This document shows positions 49,391 to 61,888 of a DNA stretch of 64,000 nucleotides, piece by piece. Where the stretch lies: positions 33,666,001-33,730,000 of the forward strand of contig NC_088858.1 of NCBI RefSeq assembly GCF_963853765.1, in the 5' to 3' direction. Origin of the DNA: Magallana gigas (taxonomy: Eukaryota). The position numbers and the translations under genes are program-made. Position 1 is the first letter of the stretch; every line of letters begins with the position of its first letter. A model generated the notes under the pieces. The model did not search any database. It saw nothing but the letters and a program-made list of their open reading frames with translations, and was not told the origin of the DNA.

Positions 49391-51321
49391 CATTACACAA
49401 TACGGTAAAAGTCGTTCACTAACCAACACGTATATTAATTTAAAAACAGTAGCAGATATTTCCTTGAAAAGAGAAATATATCTAGAAATAAGGAGGGAAG
49501 TCGAGCACATTAATTCTAATTAGAGAATGTGAGTATAACGGTTAACAAGAAACATAATTCATAGAAATCAGGAGGAAATAAAATCCTTCCACTGCATGCA
49601 AGGTGTTTAAAAATTTGAGAAATAATCGATTTTAAGAACATTTTTAAGAAACACGTCGGTAATTAAAGTTAAATTGCATCATGCCATACATCAAGACAGT
49701 TTTCAACGTATTTATGTACTAAATCATTTATATACTGAATCATTTATATACTGAATCATTTATATACTAAATCATTTGTATACTAAATCATTTATATACT
49801 GAATCATTTATATACTAAATCATTTATGTACTAAATCATTTATATACTAAATCATTTATATACTGAATCATTTATATACTAAATCATTTATATACTGAAT
49901 CATTTATATACTGAATCATTTATATACTGAATCATTTGTATACTAAATCATTTGTATACTAAATCATTTATATACTGAATCATTTATATACGAAATCATT
50001 TATATACTAAATTACTAAATCATTTATATACTGAATCATTTATATACTAAATCATTTATATACTAAATCATTGATGGTCGGCTATCCAAACGAAACACCC
50101 CTACAACTACAATTAAAAAAATGTTGAAAAAATAACACAATACTAACCAAACCGAAATAAACAAGTCATCGAAAAACCACGACCAGTCTCGAATATACAT
50201 GATACATGTACTTACTAACGACCAGTAAGCGTTGCATGGCCCTTAAAAAATAAATAAAATAAATAATAGAACTCGTTAAATTTGCAAGGCCATAAAATTA
50301 AATACGTATGTTGTGTTTCATTCCATCATACCAAACTTGCGCATAGAACTCAAATATTACTCTAACACAATATAGTATACTTCAAGACTCGTCTGTCCTC
50401 TGCAGCGCAACAATTTTTTTGCCCAATTCACATCCTTTACTTCTGATCGACTGCGTGCACCGCCATATTGTTTTTGTGTATTCCTACGCACCACTTCAAC
50501 TTCGTTTAGGTAAAGGTTTTAAATAATAATAGAAAAAACGTTTCGTGTAACTACTAAAATAACAAAATACAAAATTATGATAGGAAATGAATCTTGAAAG
50601 CTTTGATCATGGTATCAAAGGAAACATTAGATGGGGAATCTTTTTCATCAATGCGCTGGTCTCAGTAAAGATGATTAAAAATTTTCTCTCCAATAAACTA
50701 TTTCCTTTGCTTCTTAGATTGGAGAAAAAAAAAACTTCTTTATTAAAATATTAATTTCATATTGTTGTTCATCAGATAGTGAAATCATGTAGTATATTGA
50801 ATACCTGTGTATACATGAAAATACAATTAAAACGGCTGGTGACGTTGCATTCATCTGAACTAGGAAATTTAAGGTGATTTGGGATACCTCCGTGTTGTGA
50901 CTTACATTTATGTACTATTTATCGAAATAAACAATAAAATGAAGAGTGGTTTATAAATACTGTAGTTTTTTCCCAAAGTTGTCACCTAACAGCGTAGCGC
51001 GGTTGGTTAGAGCGTTTACTACGAAACCATGTCATTTGTTCGAATCCCGCTGGCCATTTTAAAATTTTGACCTTTGTGGCAACGCACTTTGAGAAAATTT
51101 TTCAAAGTGCGTTAAATTTTGGTTCAAATCAACGCACTTTGAAAATATTTTTTCAAATCTAAGTAACAAGCGACTATTTTCCATTGCAGTTGATCGGCCC
51201 CCAGTTTATTTGGGCCATGCAGCCGGCGCTGGAAGACCAATGGAACACCGAGCTTGAGGAGGCGTGGTCTGACCTATTTAAGATGATGACCCATGTCATG
51301 AAAAACGCCATGCAGTTTTAG
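33194..51321 (+). CDS. GbX: Globin X-like membrane-anchored globin, 3 exons, 200 aa
   Basis: Exons 33194-33438, 43387-43612, 51190-51321 (603 nt). MGC N-terminal acylation motif; CD1 Phe (DVF); E7 His (LREHALRVM); F8 His (LGTRH); C-terminal LIGPQFIWAMQPALEDQWNTELEEAWSDLF. Introns at the ancestral B12.2 and G7.0 positions. Confidence 0.9.
34389..34442. repeat. (GA)n microsatellite
   Basis: Direct. Confidence 0.95.
36202..37601. mobile_element. Non-autonomous DNA transposon, IS3EU-like (TAC..GTA ends, 6-bp TSD), with long TIRs containing 21-bp CGCG repeats
   Basis: TSD ctaatc at 36196-36201 and 37602-37607. TIR tacgaaagcccattgagctcattttcgtagg, with inverted arrays at ~36249-36438 and ~37368-37552. 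Contains an N gap. Confidence 0.75.
36762..36889. other. Assembly gap (N run)
   Basis: Run of n. Confidence 0.99.
39157..39232. repeat. G-rich 21-bp minisatellite (ggggtggggtRgtcggaccRt), ~3.5 copies
   Basis: Direct. Confidence 0.85.
39385..39830 (-). mobile_element. Degenerate HINE-like fragment
   Basis: Starts acaagag; contains tgacctaaaggtca and gatgatacacaccaaat motifs that I associate with oyster HINE interiors. Confidence 0.3.
40067..40260 (+). pseudogene. Possible degraded protein-kinase-like fragment
   Basis: One frame reads RYKHPNNFIRINAARDGQPFVLADNYPVTDQADYL*GIIKGVKYLHNRRF, reminiscent of kinase subdomains IV-VIa, with an internal stop. Confidence 0.25.
40429..41392. mobile_element. 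Second IS3EU-like non-autonomous element with 21-bp subterminal repeats
   Basis: Ends tattgaacgccatag / ctatggcgttccatg; 6-bp flanks gaaaag/taaaag (one mismatch); inverted arrays of tatatgaagatggtgctttat at ~40484-40740 and ~41125-41345. Confidence 0.6.
44522..44747. mobile_element. Possible TTAA-flanked (piggyBac-like, CC..GG ends) MITE remnant
   Basis: ttaa|ccgcgtcccctaa ... ttagggcgg|ttaa; TIR short and imperfect. Confidence 0.3.
48003..48496. mobile_element. ~490-bp MITE with ~30-bp TIRs, TTAA at the right end (Kolobok-like)
   Basis: catggtcacgattttggtcaaattttattttt / aaaaataaattttgaccaaaattcgtgaccaggtccttttaa. Confidence 0.6.
48661..48764. mobile_element. 104-bp palindromic element, TAG..CTA ends, 10-bp TSD (AcademH-like)
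   Basis: gcgatatatc at 48651-48660 and 48765-48774; TIR tagcttcaggtctgtagc/gctacagatctgcagcta. Confidence 0.75.
49322..49387. repeat. (TC)n microsatellite
   Basis: Direct. Confidence 0.95.
49710..50072. repeat. 16-bp minisatellite (Raatcatttatatact), ~22 copies
   Basis: Highly homogeneous tandem array in globin intron 2. Confidence 0.92.
50873..51070 (+). mobile_element. Truncated TTAA-flanked MITE with tRNA-like A/B boxes
   Basis: ttaa|ggtgatttgggatacc; similar to 53491-53716; tagcgcggttggttagagcg ... gttcgaatccc. Confidence 0.5.
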
Positions 51322-52369
51322 GACAGCCAGATCTCTTGTATATCTATACTAGTGCCTAAATGAACGAGAAACAAAAAATCATAAGTGCAATATACGCCAG
51401 CTAGACTTCATTTAATTAAATCCATTGGCGTTTGGTGTTCAGTTTAATAAATATTCTGGGAGAAAATATTTTTTTTCGCTTCAAATGAAAATTCTTCCCA
51501 GAACTTTTTTTCTTCAAATTTTGTTTATAACTTGAGAATCAAAGCGAAAAGATTAGTTTGATTTTACATGGTGTTGTCTACTGTATATGTCATTGAAAAA
51601 CCCAATGTGTTTTCTCTGTTCACATTAGTCGACATTTACATTATTAATGTTTGTTTTAAATTATTTTATAGTAGTAATCTAGGATGCAACGGGTTTTATT
51701 GGAATATATAATACATTACTTCCGAAGTAACGTCAGTGAACAGGAGGTATATTATAACTGCATATTTTAAACATTAAAAAAAATCAGTTTTTATGTATTA
51801 AGTTGCAAAATTTAGAAGATAAAATGTTTGATTTAATATTACTTTTCCCAATGTTTTCGGTGTATTAATTGGTCTGGTTTGGTCCATGTTAAGTAAAACA
51901 TCATCACAATCGATTCATTTACAAAACTACATAAAACAACAGTTAACACGATGTTACACAGAATATAAAACTCGAGGTGTCAATCAACAAAAGAGGTTTT
52001 TAAAAAGAATATTTATTTGCATATACATAAGGGCAGTCGTCGTTTACGGCATTTGGTAATTGATATTTTCATAAAAATGTATTGCAATACACACTTTAAA
52101 ATAACAAAGTATGGAAGTATACTCAAAACCTAATTCAATGTTGAAACATCATTAAAATAAAAGTATTCTCAACAGTGTCCTATGTATTTGTAGTCAATTG
52201 TCATTTGTTATCTTTGTTATTACAGTTTACAGCTAACGTCTCGATGTAGATACGGTTATATTTTCCTCAAAGCATAAAAATGATAAAAATTGATATTTTG
52301 TTTTTCATTGCTAAAGAGAAGATATTAAAAATTCCGGTGATTTACATGTATTACCTGAATTGTCTGATA

Positions 52370-52626
52370 TTAGAACCATTATAACAAGACCTTGGACTTT
52401 CAGTAGGACGTAACTGTTTATTTCTTGCGTCAAAACAAGTTAAAATTGAGGCTGGTTTTAAGCAAAATATACACCGATTGCGTACCTCTTGGCCCAAAAG
52501 CTAGACAAATCTTGTTAATTTCAAGGAGCCGTGGCTGAGAAGCCGGCAATGAAAAAGACAGACCTACGTCATATTGCCGTTTGACACGACTACCAAAAGC
52601 CCAAGCTCTTGTTAAAATGGCTCTAA
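52370..52626 (+). mobile_element. ~255-bp MITE (same family as 4849-5104)
   Basis: ttagaaccattataacaagaccttggacttt ... gctcttgttaaaatggctctaa. Confidence 0.75.
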
Positions 52627-53490
52627 TACAAGCAAGATTTCATTCGTGTAAAAATGCTTTTCTTTTATTTGGGAGGGATCAGTCTCGTTTGAAAACCGTT
52701 TTATTGATTAACATTTACATGTAATACTTTATCAACTTATAATTTAAAACAGTCATTATGTTTCTTAAAATTTGTTTTCACAAACGTCTTAATTTGAAAT
52801 TATCAAGTTTTAAATGATAGTTCGGTTTGGAAAGTTGTTTTACCAATAGCAAACAAAAAGTTGTTTTTATTATCAAAACACTGATCATTCGTAGAAAGAT
52901 CGTGTCATTAACGTTTTCTTATCGATTCTAGAGTATTTCCTTTGAATTCGTGGTTAAACTATAAATAAAATTAAGGAAAGTCCGAATTTGAGGTTTATTT
53001 GCCATGGTATTTAATTTTAAAGCATGATTTTCTCTCGAAAACGTAATTATAATGAATTGCTAAAAAATCACAATTATCGCAAAAGCTACATGTATTTGAT
53101 CGTTTAATTTTTTCTTAAAGTCGGATATTTTTTATTTCATGATTTATATTTTAATGAACCCGTTGAAATGATATTCATATCTGGAACGCTTAAAGAAATG
53201 TAGCCATTGTTTCAACAACGCGGATATATATAGCAAACCTGAATAAATAGTTGACTTTATTTCTTAGTCACCTTGCATAGTAAGTTCAATATCAATTGAA
53301 ATTGAACTACGATAAATTCAGTCTTTAGATATTCCAAAGGTGGTTTTGGAAATGTTTCCCTAATATACACAATTGAGTGAAAAACAGGCGAGTGAAAATC
53401 CATGTAAACCATCCTTCTCTTACGTGAATTTTATCGTATTTTGGTTCAACTTAATTTACAATTACTATGCATTAGAAATGACCATTTTAA

Positions 53491-53716
53491 GGTACCATGG
53501 GACACCTCCATGCATGTTGTGACGTACTACTTATCGAAATAAACAATAAAATCAATTATATAAATTTTATAAATACATGTAGTATCTTTCTTAAAATTGA
53601 TGCCTAAAGGCGTAGCGCAGTGACTCGGAGAGTTTATTAAGGATCTGTAAATCATGAGTTCAAATGCCGCTTGGGATTTTAATCCACATTGATATCGACA
53701 AATGTCCCATAACACC
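53491..53716 (+). mobile_element. 226-bp MITE, TTAA TSD, GG..CC ends (Kolobok-like)
   Basis: ttaa|ggtaccatgggaca ... tgtcccataacacc|ttaa. Confidence 0.65.
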
Positions 53717-56700
53717 TTAAAGCAACTAACATCAAATAATAGACGACCTTAAGACATAAGATACGCGCTATTCTCTTCATGCTAATTTCACTAATAAATC
53801 GGAAATTTGGAATTGCGACAGATTTTTGAAAGAGTTATTTAGAAACAAAACTTTTAACTTTGTCAACGATGCTACCCTAACTTATTGGCACATAATTCTT
53901 TTCGTTTGTTTCTTCGAATGTTGAGAGGCTGTTCTAAAATGAACCATTGGTAAGTCATAACTACAGATAAAGCTGATATAAAATTGAGCAAGTGCAGATC
54001 TAGAAGCGGTGCAAAATCTCCACAAGAATCATTGCAAAGACAAGCCATTCTTCTCCCTTTGCGGAAGACATATCATCACTTCGAAGAATCAACGTCTAGG
54101 CTTGGGAAAAAAATCGCAGATTTAAGCTATTTACGTTTTCAAATGCATGAAAATTTCGAAGGAAACAATATATCAGTTATCTTAATACATAATTGATGCT
54201 TTACAATAAAGACCCGTTGAGATATGGGTGTTAATGCGTTTACATTCCTTTTTGTCTGTTTGGAGAGTCTGAATAACAAATTCTGTGTTGTTTTGATTTA
54301 TATAGAGAGTTTTTGTTTTGTGTAATACGACCAATTCTGCACAGACAGAGCTTTGAAAATTTAATAAAATCCAACTCATGACGTGATGTATGGCCATTGC
54401 CATTTTTTTCTTTATAGACTTTTAACAACTGCTATAGAAGAGTTCTACATGTATATGAATATATTGAGTTTTAAAATATTGAGCAATTTGAAGAAAAAAA
54501 AAGAGAGAGATGCAGAAACGACTAAGGTCAAGACAAAAGAAATTTTTGAAATCGCTCCGTTTGATACACACAACTAAATATTATTCTTGTATATAAGGGA
54601 ATGTGATGAACTTTTTTTTTCCAAACAAAATCACGTCTTTCAATAGAAGAGGGATAACTTCGTTCATATTTAATGCTACGTTTTTAGATTAATCTGTTAC
54701 GTTTTTCTAACCCTTCTGTAGGAGTTTGATTACAATTGTGTATTAATGTACGAATGGTTGGATTGTCTTGCATTTGTTTTACTACAATCAGTATAATATT
54801 CACGTAAAGTTTTCGCAAGCGCAGACATATCACCGTTAACCTTGACCTTTTGTTCTGTGCTCAAGGTCAATAAACGATGAAGGATCTTTATCGTGACAAT
54901 TCCGATTGTACCGCGATTATGTATTTGGCCCCAAATCAAAAGAAAAGTACTAATAATCACCCTGACCGTTAATGGAAGAGCTGTGTATTGTGTTAATAGA
55001 TAGTTTGAAACATGAGTACAGGGAGATACCTATCGAAACGGAGTGCCGTTCAGTGTAGAGAAATTTTTTCTTCGAATCAGACTAAAAATGTAGGGTATGG
55101 TTTATTAAAACATCAACGTTTTAAATATGAACTTTGATAATTTATAATGTGATTCAATATACCGACTATAAATGTTGCATGTACTCTAAAGGCTTGCAAT
55201 TGAATAATATTTGATAAGATAGTATTCCCATTAAAATGCCCCAATTATTAGTCATTAGGCGGATGAATTAACGTTTACAAATATCGAGAAGTTAATGGAC
55301 GACACATTCGTACAACAATAACACTTACAATGGGTTACTTTCGCCCAATCACGATGGTAAAAAGATATATCATTTCGCCGGTTTTAAAATTCGCCTAATC
55401 TCTGTGGCTAAACGGCAGTAACTGGTGGTTTAGTCAGTTAACCTTTTAAATCCATGCACCTTTAATGAGGATAAATTAGGCGAAAATATAATGCATGGAA
55501 CGGAGGGGCAAAGCATATATTCTCTTTATGCAATATAATAGTATCCTTCGATAACTGAGGTTAAGTTGATTTTTTTTCAAATGAATTCAATTTCAATCTA
55601 ATATTTTTAATGTATTTTTTAAATACATCCATATTTTTAAATTGAATATTTTAATCTTACGCATATGGTGTTTTTTTTCAATTAAAGAGATGTAAATGAT
55701 GTAGAATAAACCATCATAACCATGTCTTTAATTTTCATTTCATCACAGTTAAGATCGATAGGTTTTTTTTTTTATATAAAGGAGCATGATAAATGAAATG
55801 AAAAAGGAAATGATATAATTTGATTACGTTTTATTAATTTTGGTTGTAATAACTGACTAAAAGACATTCCTTTTAGGTAAATTCAGGGTGGTTTGATGAG
55901 AACCTTTAACGCACTATATTGTATACATCCACAATGTAAACTTGCATACATGCACCTATTAATTGATTATTAATAGCATGATAAACTGTTAGATCAATAC
56001 ATGATTGAACATAGTTTGTACGAACGAGTCGGGATCTACACGGTGTAAAGATATGCGATCAACCAATCAGTTTATCAATGAATCAATTTATGATTCAGAA
56101 ACATATATTACACGCATACGAATTACCACCAATCTGAGGAGAGGACGTCTTCGGAAACGCGACCATTCTGACGATGAAAAGAAGTAATGAACTATAAATA
56201 GTTCTTCCTTCAAGCTTTTTTCCGTCGGATATGAAAATTGGGGAAGATTGATGCAAATGGACCTTCATATAATAGATATAGATCTGAGACTGTATGATAC
56301 ACAGTTCACAGATCTGTAGCCATGGGTCAAAGGTCAATAACCTGTTGCACTTCTCCTTTACACGTTACATAAACTGCACATGACGTTATTCAAGTGTCTA
56401 ACTATATCACTTTTATTGCCGCTGCTAGAAAAACAAACGATAACTAGTAAGATGTTTTTCTCGAGATAAATCTTATTTCCGGGAAATTTCCTTTTGCCTT
56501 ATCAATATTTTATGAAGTTATTAATTTTGCATGCGTGATCAATAGTATGAAAGAGACCCGTAAACCTAAGTCAAGCAGAGTGCACCGAGGAAAGAGATGC
56601 TATAATATTTTAAAAGTACAACAAAAAGTACAAGAAATACCCACCCACTAGTACTCTGAAAATTCTTAAGTCACGCGATCTTTAAGCACGTACCGGTATT

Positions 56701-57874
56701 CCAAAGTTTCATTGCATGTAACTCGGCAAGCATCATGTTACACGCACGTACTTAGGGCTTTTTTTTATTTACGTGTATTTTTTATTCATCTTAACATTAT
56801 AGTTTATTAGATTACCATGCGAACTCCTTTTCGCAAAAGAGATTGCATTATAGTCAAAGAGGGTGATCAAATTAAAAAGAATAACTTTATCCAATAATCA
56901 CAATGTAGGTATAATTTTTTGTTTTTCTCAGTCTTTTGTCTGACGCATGAAGCGTCTCCCCCTCATAAGTAATTTGTTTTATAAAATTAATGTACTTTCT
57001 TTTTTATTTTTTCATGATACTTTTCTAGAGATACCAAATTAATTGGCATAGACTTTGACAAACGTTGCTCATTGACAATCTTTTAAAACTGAATTAAGCT
57101 AGTAAATTTTATATTTCTTTAAAAAAACAAACATTTATGGTATTCTAAAATTGAATAAATAACAGAGACGATATTTCAAATAGTTTTTATGTTTGATCTT
57201 TATATATTTCATATCTGACATAATAAGTACATGTAGGCCTTACTAAGTAATAGATTAATGTTGTGTATATGTAAAGAAAGGTAACTCATGTAGACAAATT
57301 CGTCGGTAATTTTTTTTTCTCGCTCTGTCTCTTTTAACGCCGCACATGAAATAAAAACATAAGTTTATAATCGAATAAGAAAGGAGCGTATGTGTTTTAT
57401 GATCATCTGATGCCATTATCAATCTCTTCTGAAAATAAATATTATCGTCCGGGATAGAATTTTATCAGACCGCCATTTACATCGATCGACATCCCACTTC
57501 ACTCCGCTTGGGATATTTTTGAAAACTTGAAGATGATAATTAAAGGTTGACGCGCTTGTTCTCATCACCTCGATAAAGCCACGCAGACAATGCTACTTGA
57601 ATCTGTCTCAGGCGAAAGTTTGGATTTTGTTTATTTTGGTATTTGATGGGTCTTTATTGAATTGCAAGAAAGAAAAACCCTAGCTTTTATCACATGCAAT
57701 TCCGATTGCAAATTGTCTATATTGAAGTCTTTTGAGAATAAAGGTGAGAATTTAGCTCTTCATTACAAAGATTTTTGATGCGATATCCATTTCAAAAAGT
57801 GATAAAATGTTAGGGGGGAAAGATTACTTAAAATCAAAAGTGACATATTCTTCCATATAGTTTTATTGTTTTTT

Positions 57875-58440
57875 ATTGGCTCACCTGAACCGAGGGTTCA
57901 AGTGAGCTTCTCTTAACACCTTCCTTATCACATTTTTGCCACATCAAAGCTTCAATGTATAGTGAATATGACCACAAATTTTTACCGGGACCATGTTCAA
58001 CATAGGAAAATATCGGAAAAGTGTTCGAGATCGTTTGCCTTAAAAATTACTGTACAATGCTACTATTTGTGATATTTCTATGCACGCATTCTAAGATAGT
58101 GTAGATTCTAAATTATACAAAACTAAATAATAATTAAATATCCTCAGACCAATACTGGGACACAGGGAGAGGTTTAAAGTTCAACATAGAAATGTATAAA
58201 GAATTTGTTTAAATAATGCTACAATTTGTGATATAAGCATGCAAGCATCTTTTAAATGGTGTAGATTCTAAATTCTACAGACCGTGACTCCCTGGCTAAT
58301 ACTTGGGCCCAAGGAGGGGTTCAAAGTTTAACAAAGAAATATTTAGAGGGATTGTTTAAAATTATTTTCCACAAGAACCACAATGCTAAAATTTGTGATA
58401 CAATACTTTGAAGGCATCCTCTTATCGTATACTAGTATCC
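57875..58440 (+). mobile_element. Degenerate Cg_HINE-like fragment with diverged Cg170-like monomers
   Basis: ttttattggctcacctgaaccgagggttcaagtgagctt matches the 5' end at 13999; repeated gtgtagattctaaatt. Confidence 0.6.
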
Positions 58441-59489
58441 TCATGTCAAGGTGACAGTGACCTAATTTTGGTATTTTATCATTAATTTTATGATTATTTA
58501 TAGTAAACTTTGATATTATTAGGCCTACGTCCATTAAAGTTTGTTACATATGTAGCTGGTGTATCTTACAGCCATATGCTCATATATGGTCATATGTTTA
58601 TTTAAAAATAGATCACAATGTACTTTTAGCTTTTGTTATAACTTGTTATCCAGTTTTGTTATTTTTGATAAGTTGAGGCTTAGGATGATAAAATGGATCA
58701 TTCATTGCATTTTAGAACTTGAATTATGGATATAATTTCTCAAAAGTAGGTTTCAATGAATTCTTTATTTATTTATTTTTTAAATGTATTATCAAAACTT
58801 GAAATATATATTAAGAATTTTTGCGCGTGTGTGTAGGTACATTTAATTTCATTAAATTGCCACCTCAGTGCTTTAGAAGGTACAATGTCATACTATTTAA
58901 AGTATATTTACAGGTTATATAATTAAATCCTATGCCATGTTATACTGTTTAAAGGTATATATGCCGTTTTAAATGAAAAGTTTTAAAGAAAGTTACAAAA
59001 GTTACAAAAGAGAAAGAAAGAAAGAGAGTTTAAGCTAAGAAGGAAAATAAACTTGAATTATGTCTATCAATAAACAAAAAAAAAATAATGCGTTTTTCAC
59101 AGTAGTAAACTTTACAGCAAACATGGGTCAGTTTCATCTGTTCATTAAATCAAAACGTCATGTGACTTTTCACCGCAATCTTTATAACTTTTATTTCCCA
59201 TTTAATCTTTGTATTTATTTTAATACCTTCTGTATAACCGAGATTTTTATATCTCCTGCGAAAAACCGTAATCACACTTGAACACTATCGTTTTACATCC
59301 GTTTCGAATCAGAAAAATACTAAAAATGGATCATCTAAAAAAAAACACCTTCAAAATATATGGTAATCAAACCATCTGGTCAAAAGCAAAAACAATGAGT
59401 TGCAAAAAGAAGAAAAAAACAAATTGCAAATTATTATAGGAATGAACATTTTGACCTGTATCGGTAATGAACCACATTTCGGAGGGATG

Positions 59490-59495
<6 letters not shown>

Positions 59496-59569
<74 letters not shown>
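59496..59569. repeat. Compound (CT)n(CA)n microsatellite
   Basis: Direct. Confidence 0.95.
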
Positions 59570-60741
59570 TACAAACACATAACCAACCTTATCAGTGTAT
59601 AATGTTTTATTGCTGGGAAAATCAATAAATTAAGGAAACTTGTTTTTATCTATATCAGAAATATTTGCTGATAAACTATCCCATAAATCTTGCGACTTAT
59701 TTTTAGAAATTTAACACAACTTTTGCAAACAGATCACTTATTTCACATGCAGAAATCTCTTATCAAATCTCTGAAACCCTACTGTGCAATAGCAATCGGA
59801 AAGCAACGACGATATATCTGACATTACAAAGATGATGTTATGGAGAGGTATGGCTGTTATTTCCATACAGTTTATGTTCTTTTAGAATGAAACGAACATC
59901 TGTTATTTCCCAATATTCAGTTTATACATCTCTGAAGATATTAGAATTTTTACAGTAAATCCCAATTAACCGATTCATGGAAAAAAAGCCCCACAAGTAT
60001 TGGTATTGTTCAGTGCTTGTAATAATCATCACCGGGATTTTGATGAAAGCGTGTCTTCCTTCTCCCAAATGCATTGTAATGAATCTTTTTTTCCACAATT
60101 TCGTGATATGATTGAAAATTTATGAGAAACATTGGCAAAATTTTACTGCTCTGGACCAATAAAGGTAATCATTATGCCAAATCAGAGGATATGTTAATAA
60201 AGCCTTATATCTCCATTATCTACTTACAATTATTTTTCAGAGCACGAACGTGAGAGATTTTTTTTGTATATTCAGCTATGTCTTTAAAATAAAATGCTTT
60301 CTCGGTTCATATAGGTATGAAGGTAGCGAATATCACTGTAAAAATACACTATTCGTGTAACAAGTTATTAATTTTTTCTGCAATATTTGTTACATGTACC
60401 TTCATACAGCTCGTATTAACCACTTAAGAAAACGTTGGTTGTCTATGTCATCGTCCGCAAGTCTCGCATACGCTTACTGACTGTGAGTCAATTCATTAAG
60501 CTTTTCTATTTTTCATTGATATTTATTATTCTTAATTCAAAAAAAACAAAAACAAAACCAAAAAACAAAAAAAAAATCTCTAGGTTTCAGAGGCATTAAA
60601 CATGAATATCATGTTGTTGATAGATGCATTCGTAAAAATTAACAGGAGTGGTGAGATTTCCTCGAAAGAAGTGTAAAGGTGCCAATCAAAAAGGAGCATA
60701 AAATATTCATGAGATAGAATAAAGTTTAGTTTGTAGACCAA

Positions 60742-60883
60742 NNNNNNNNNNNNNNNNNNNNNNNNNNNNNNNNNNNNNNNNNNNNNNNNNNNNNNNNNNN
60801 NNNNNNNNNNNNNNNNNNNNNNNNNNNNNNNNNNNNNNNNNNNNNNNNNNNNNNNNNNNNNNNNNNNNNNNNNNNNNNNNNNN
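60742..60883. other. Assembly gap (N run)
   Basis: Run of n. Confidence 0.99.
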
Positions 60884-61361
60884 ATTTTTTTTTAACCATT
60901 ATTATGTTCTAGAACTAGAGTTTTATTTATAACGATATTATAAATTTATTAATGAAGGATGTTAATTAAGAATATTACTTACTCTAATGCAAAGACTTGT
61001 AAAAAAAAAAAAAACCCTGATGCTTATAAGGCGAGCCGAAAATGCATAGATATTTTGGTTCAGGTAAGCTAATATCATCACTAAAGCTCGGCCGGAAAGG
61101 CTTGATAATGTGCGAGTGCGGAAACCACGTGACACATTTTATCCAGTTTAGACTTTATTGCCAAAAATAGTGTACACCCAGCCCACGTTGCAGAAATAAC
61201 GGAATAAAGCTGTAAACGACATATCTTTCAAGATGACAAATATGAAATGAGTTAGGGCTCTAGTGCTTATTTTTTAGAATTCCCAATCATGAATTTTCAA
61301 AATTTGACCGAAATAAAAAAAGCATGCGTGATCCAGATATACACGCATTTGCCCTTGAATC

Positions 61362-61620
61362 TTAAGAACCATTTTAACATGGCCTTGGACTTTCAGTAGA
61401 ATGTAACTATCTATTTATTGCGTCAAAACAAGTTAAACAGACGCTGGTTTCAAGCGAAATATACACCAATTGCGTAGTCTTCGCTCAGACAAATCTTGTT
61501 GATTTCAAAGAGCCATGGCCGAGTGGCCTACAATGAAATAGACAAGCCTACGTCACAAAGCCGATTTTCACAACTACCCAATTTGAAAGTCCAAGCTTAC
61601 ATGTAGTTAACAGGGTTCTA
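61362..61620 (+). mobile_element. ~255-bp MITE (same family as 4849-5104)
   Basis: ttaagaaccattttaacatggccttggacttt ... aaagtccaagc..gggttcta. Confidence 0.7.
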
Positions 61621-61888
61621 TGATATTGTTGAGTGATATTCTTATTGACCTTTGATTTCGTGGGTTCTCTTCACCAACAAATATTATACTGAAACGCATT
61701 TAACAATTAAGAACCTGTGAAAAAATTACAATCCACGAAAATTGAACCCCACAAAATTTAAGATTTCACAGAATGATACAGAATTATATCTGTCTCATAT
61801 CTATATCAATACTTGTTCTCTTTAATGAAAAGGGCTTTCGATTACATGTACTTCAAATTATAACTCATTCTCTTTTTAGCAGAGTATG

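Noticed and set aside
50991-51056. Functional tRNA gene
   Set aside because: A and B boxes are present but the acceptor, anticodon and T stems do not pair; it lies inside a repeat.
49180-59625. RERERE / SLSLSL / CVCV ORFs, and the X-containing ORFs near the gaps
   Set aside because: Artefacts of microsatellites and N runs.
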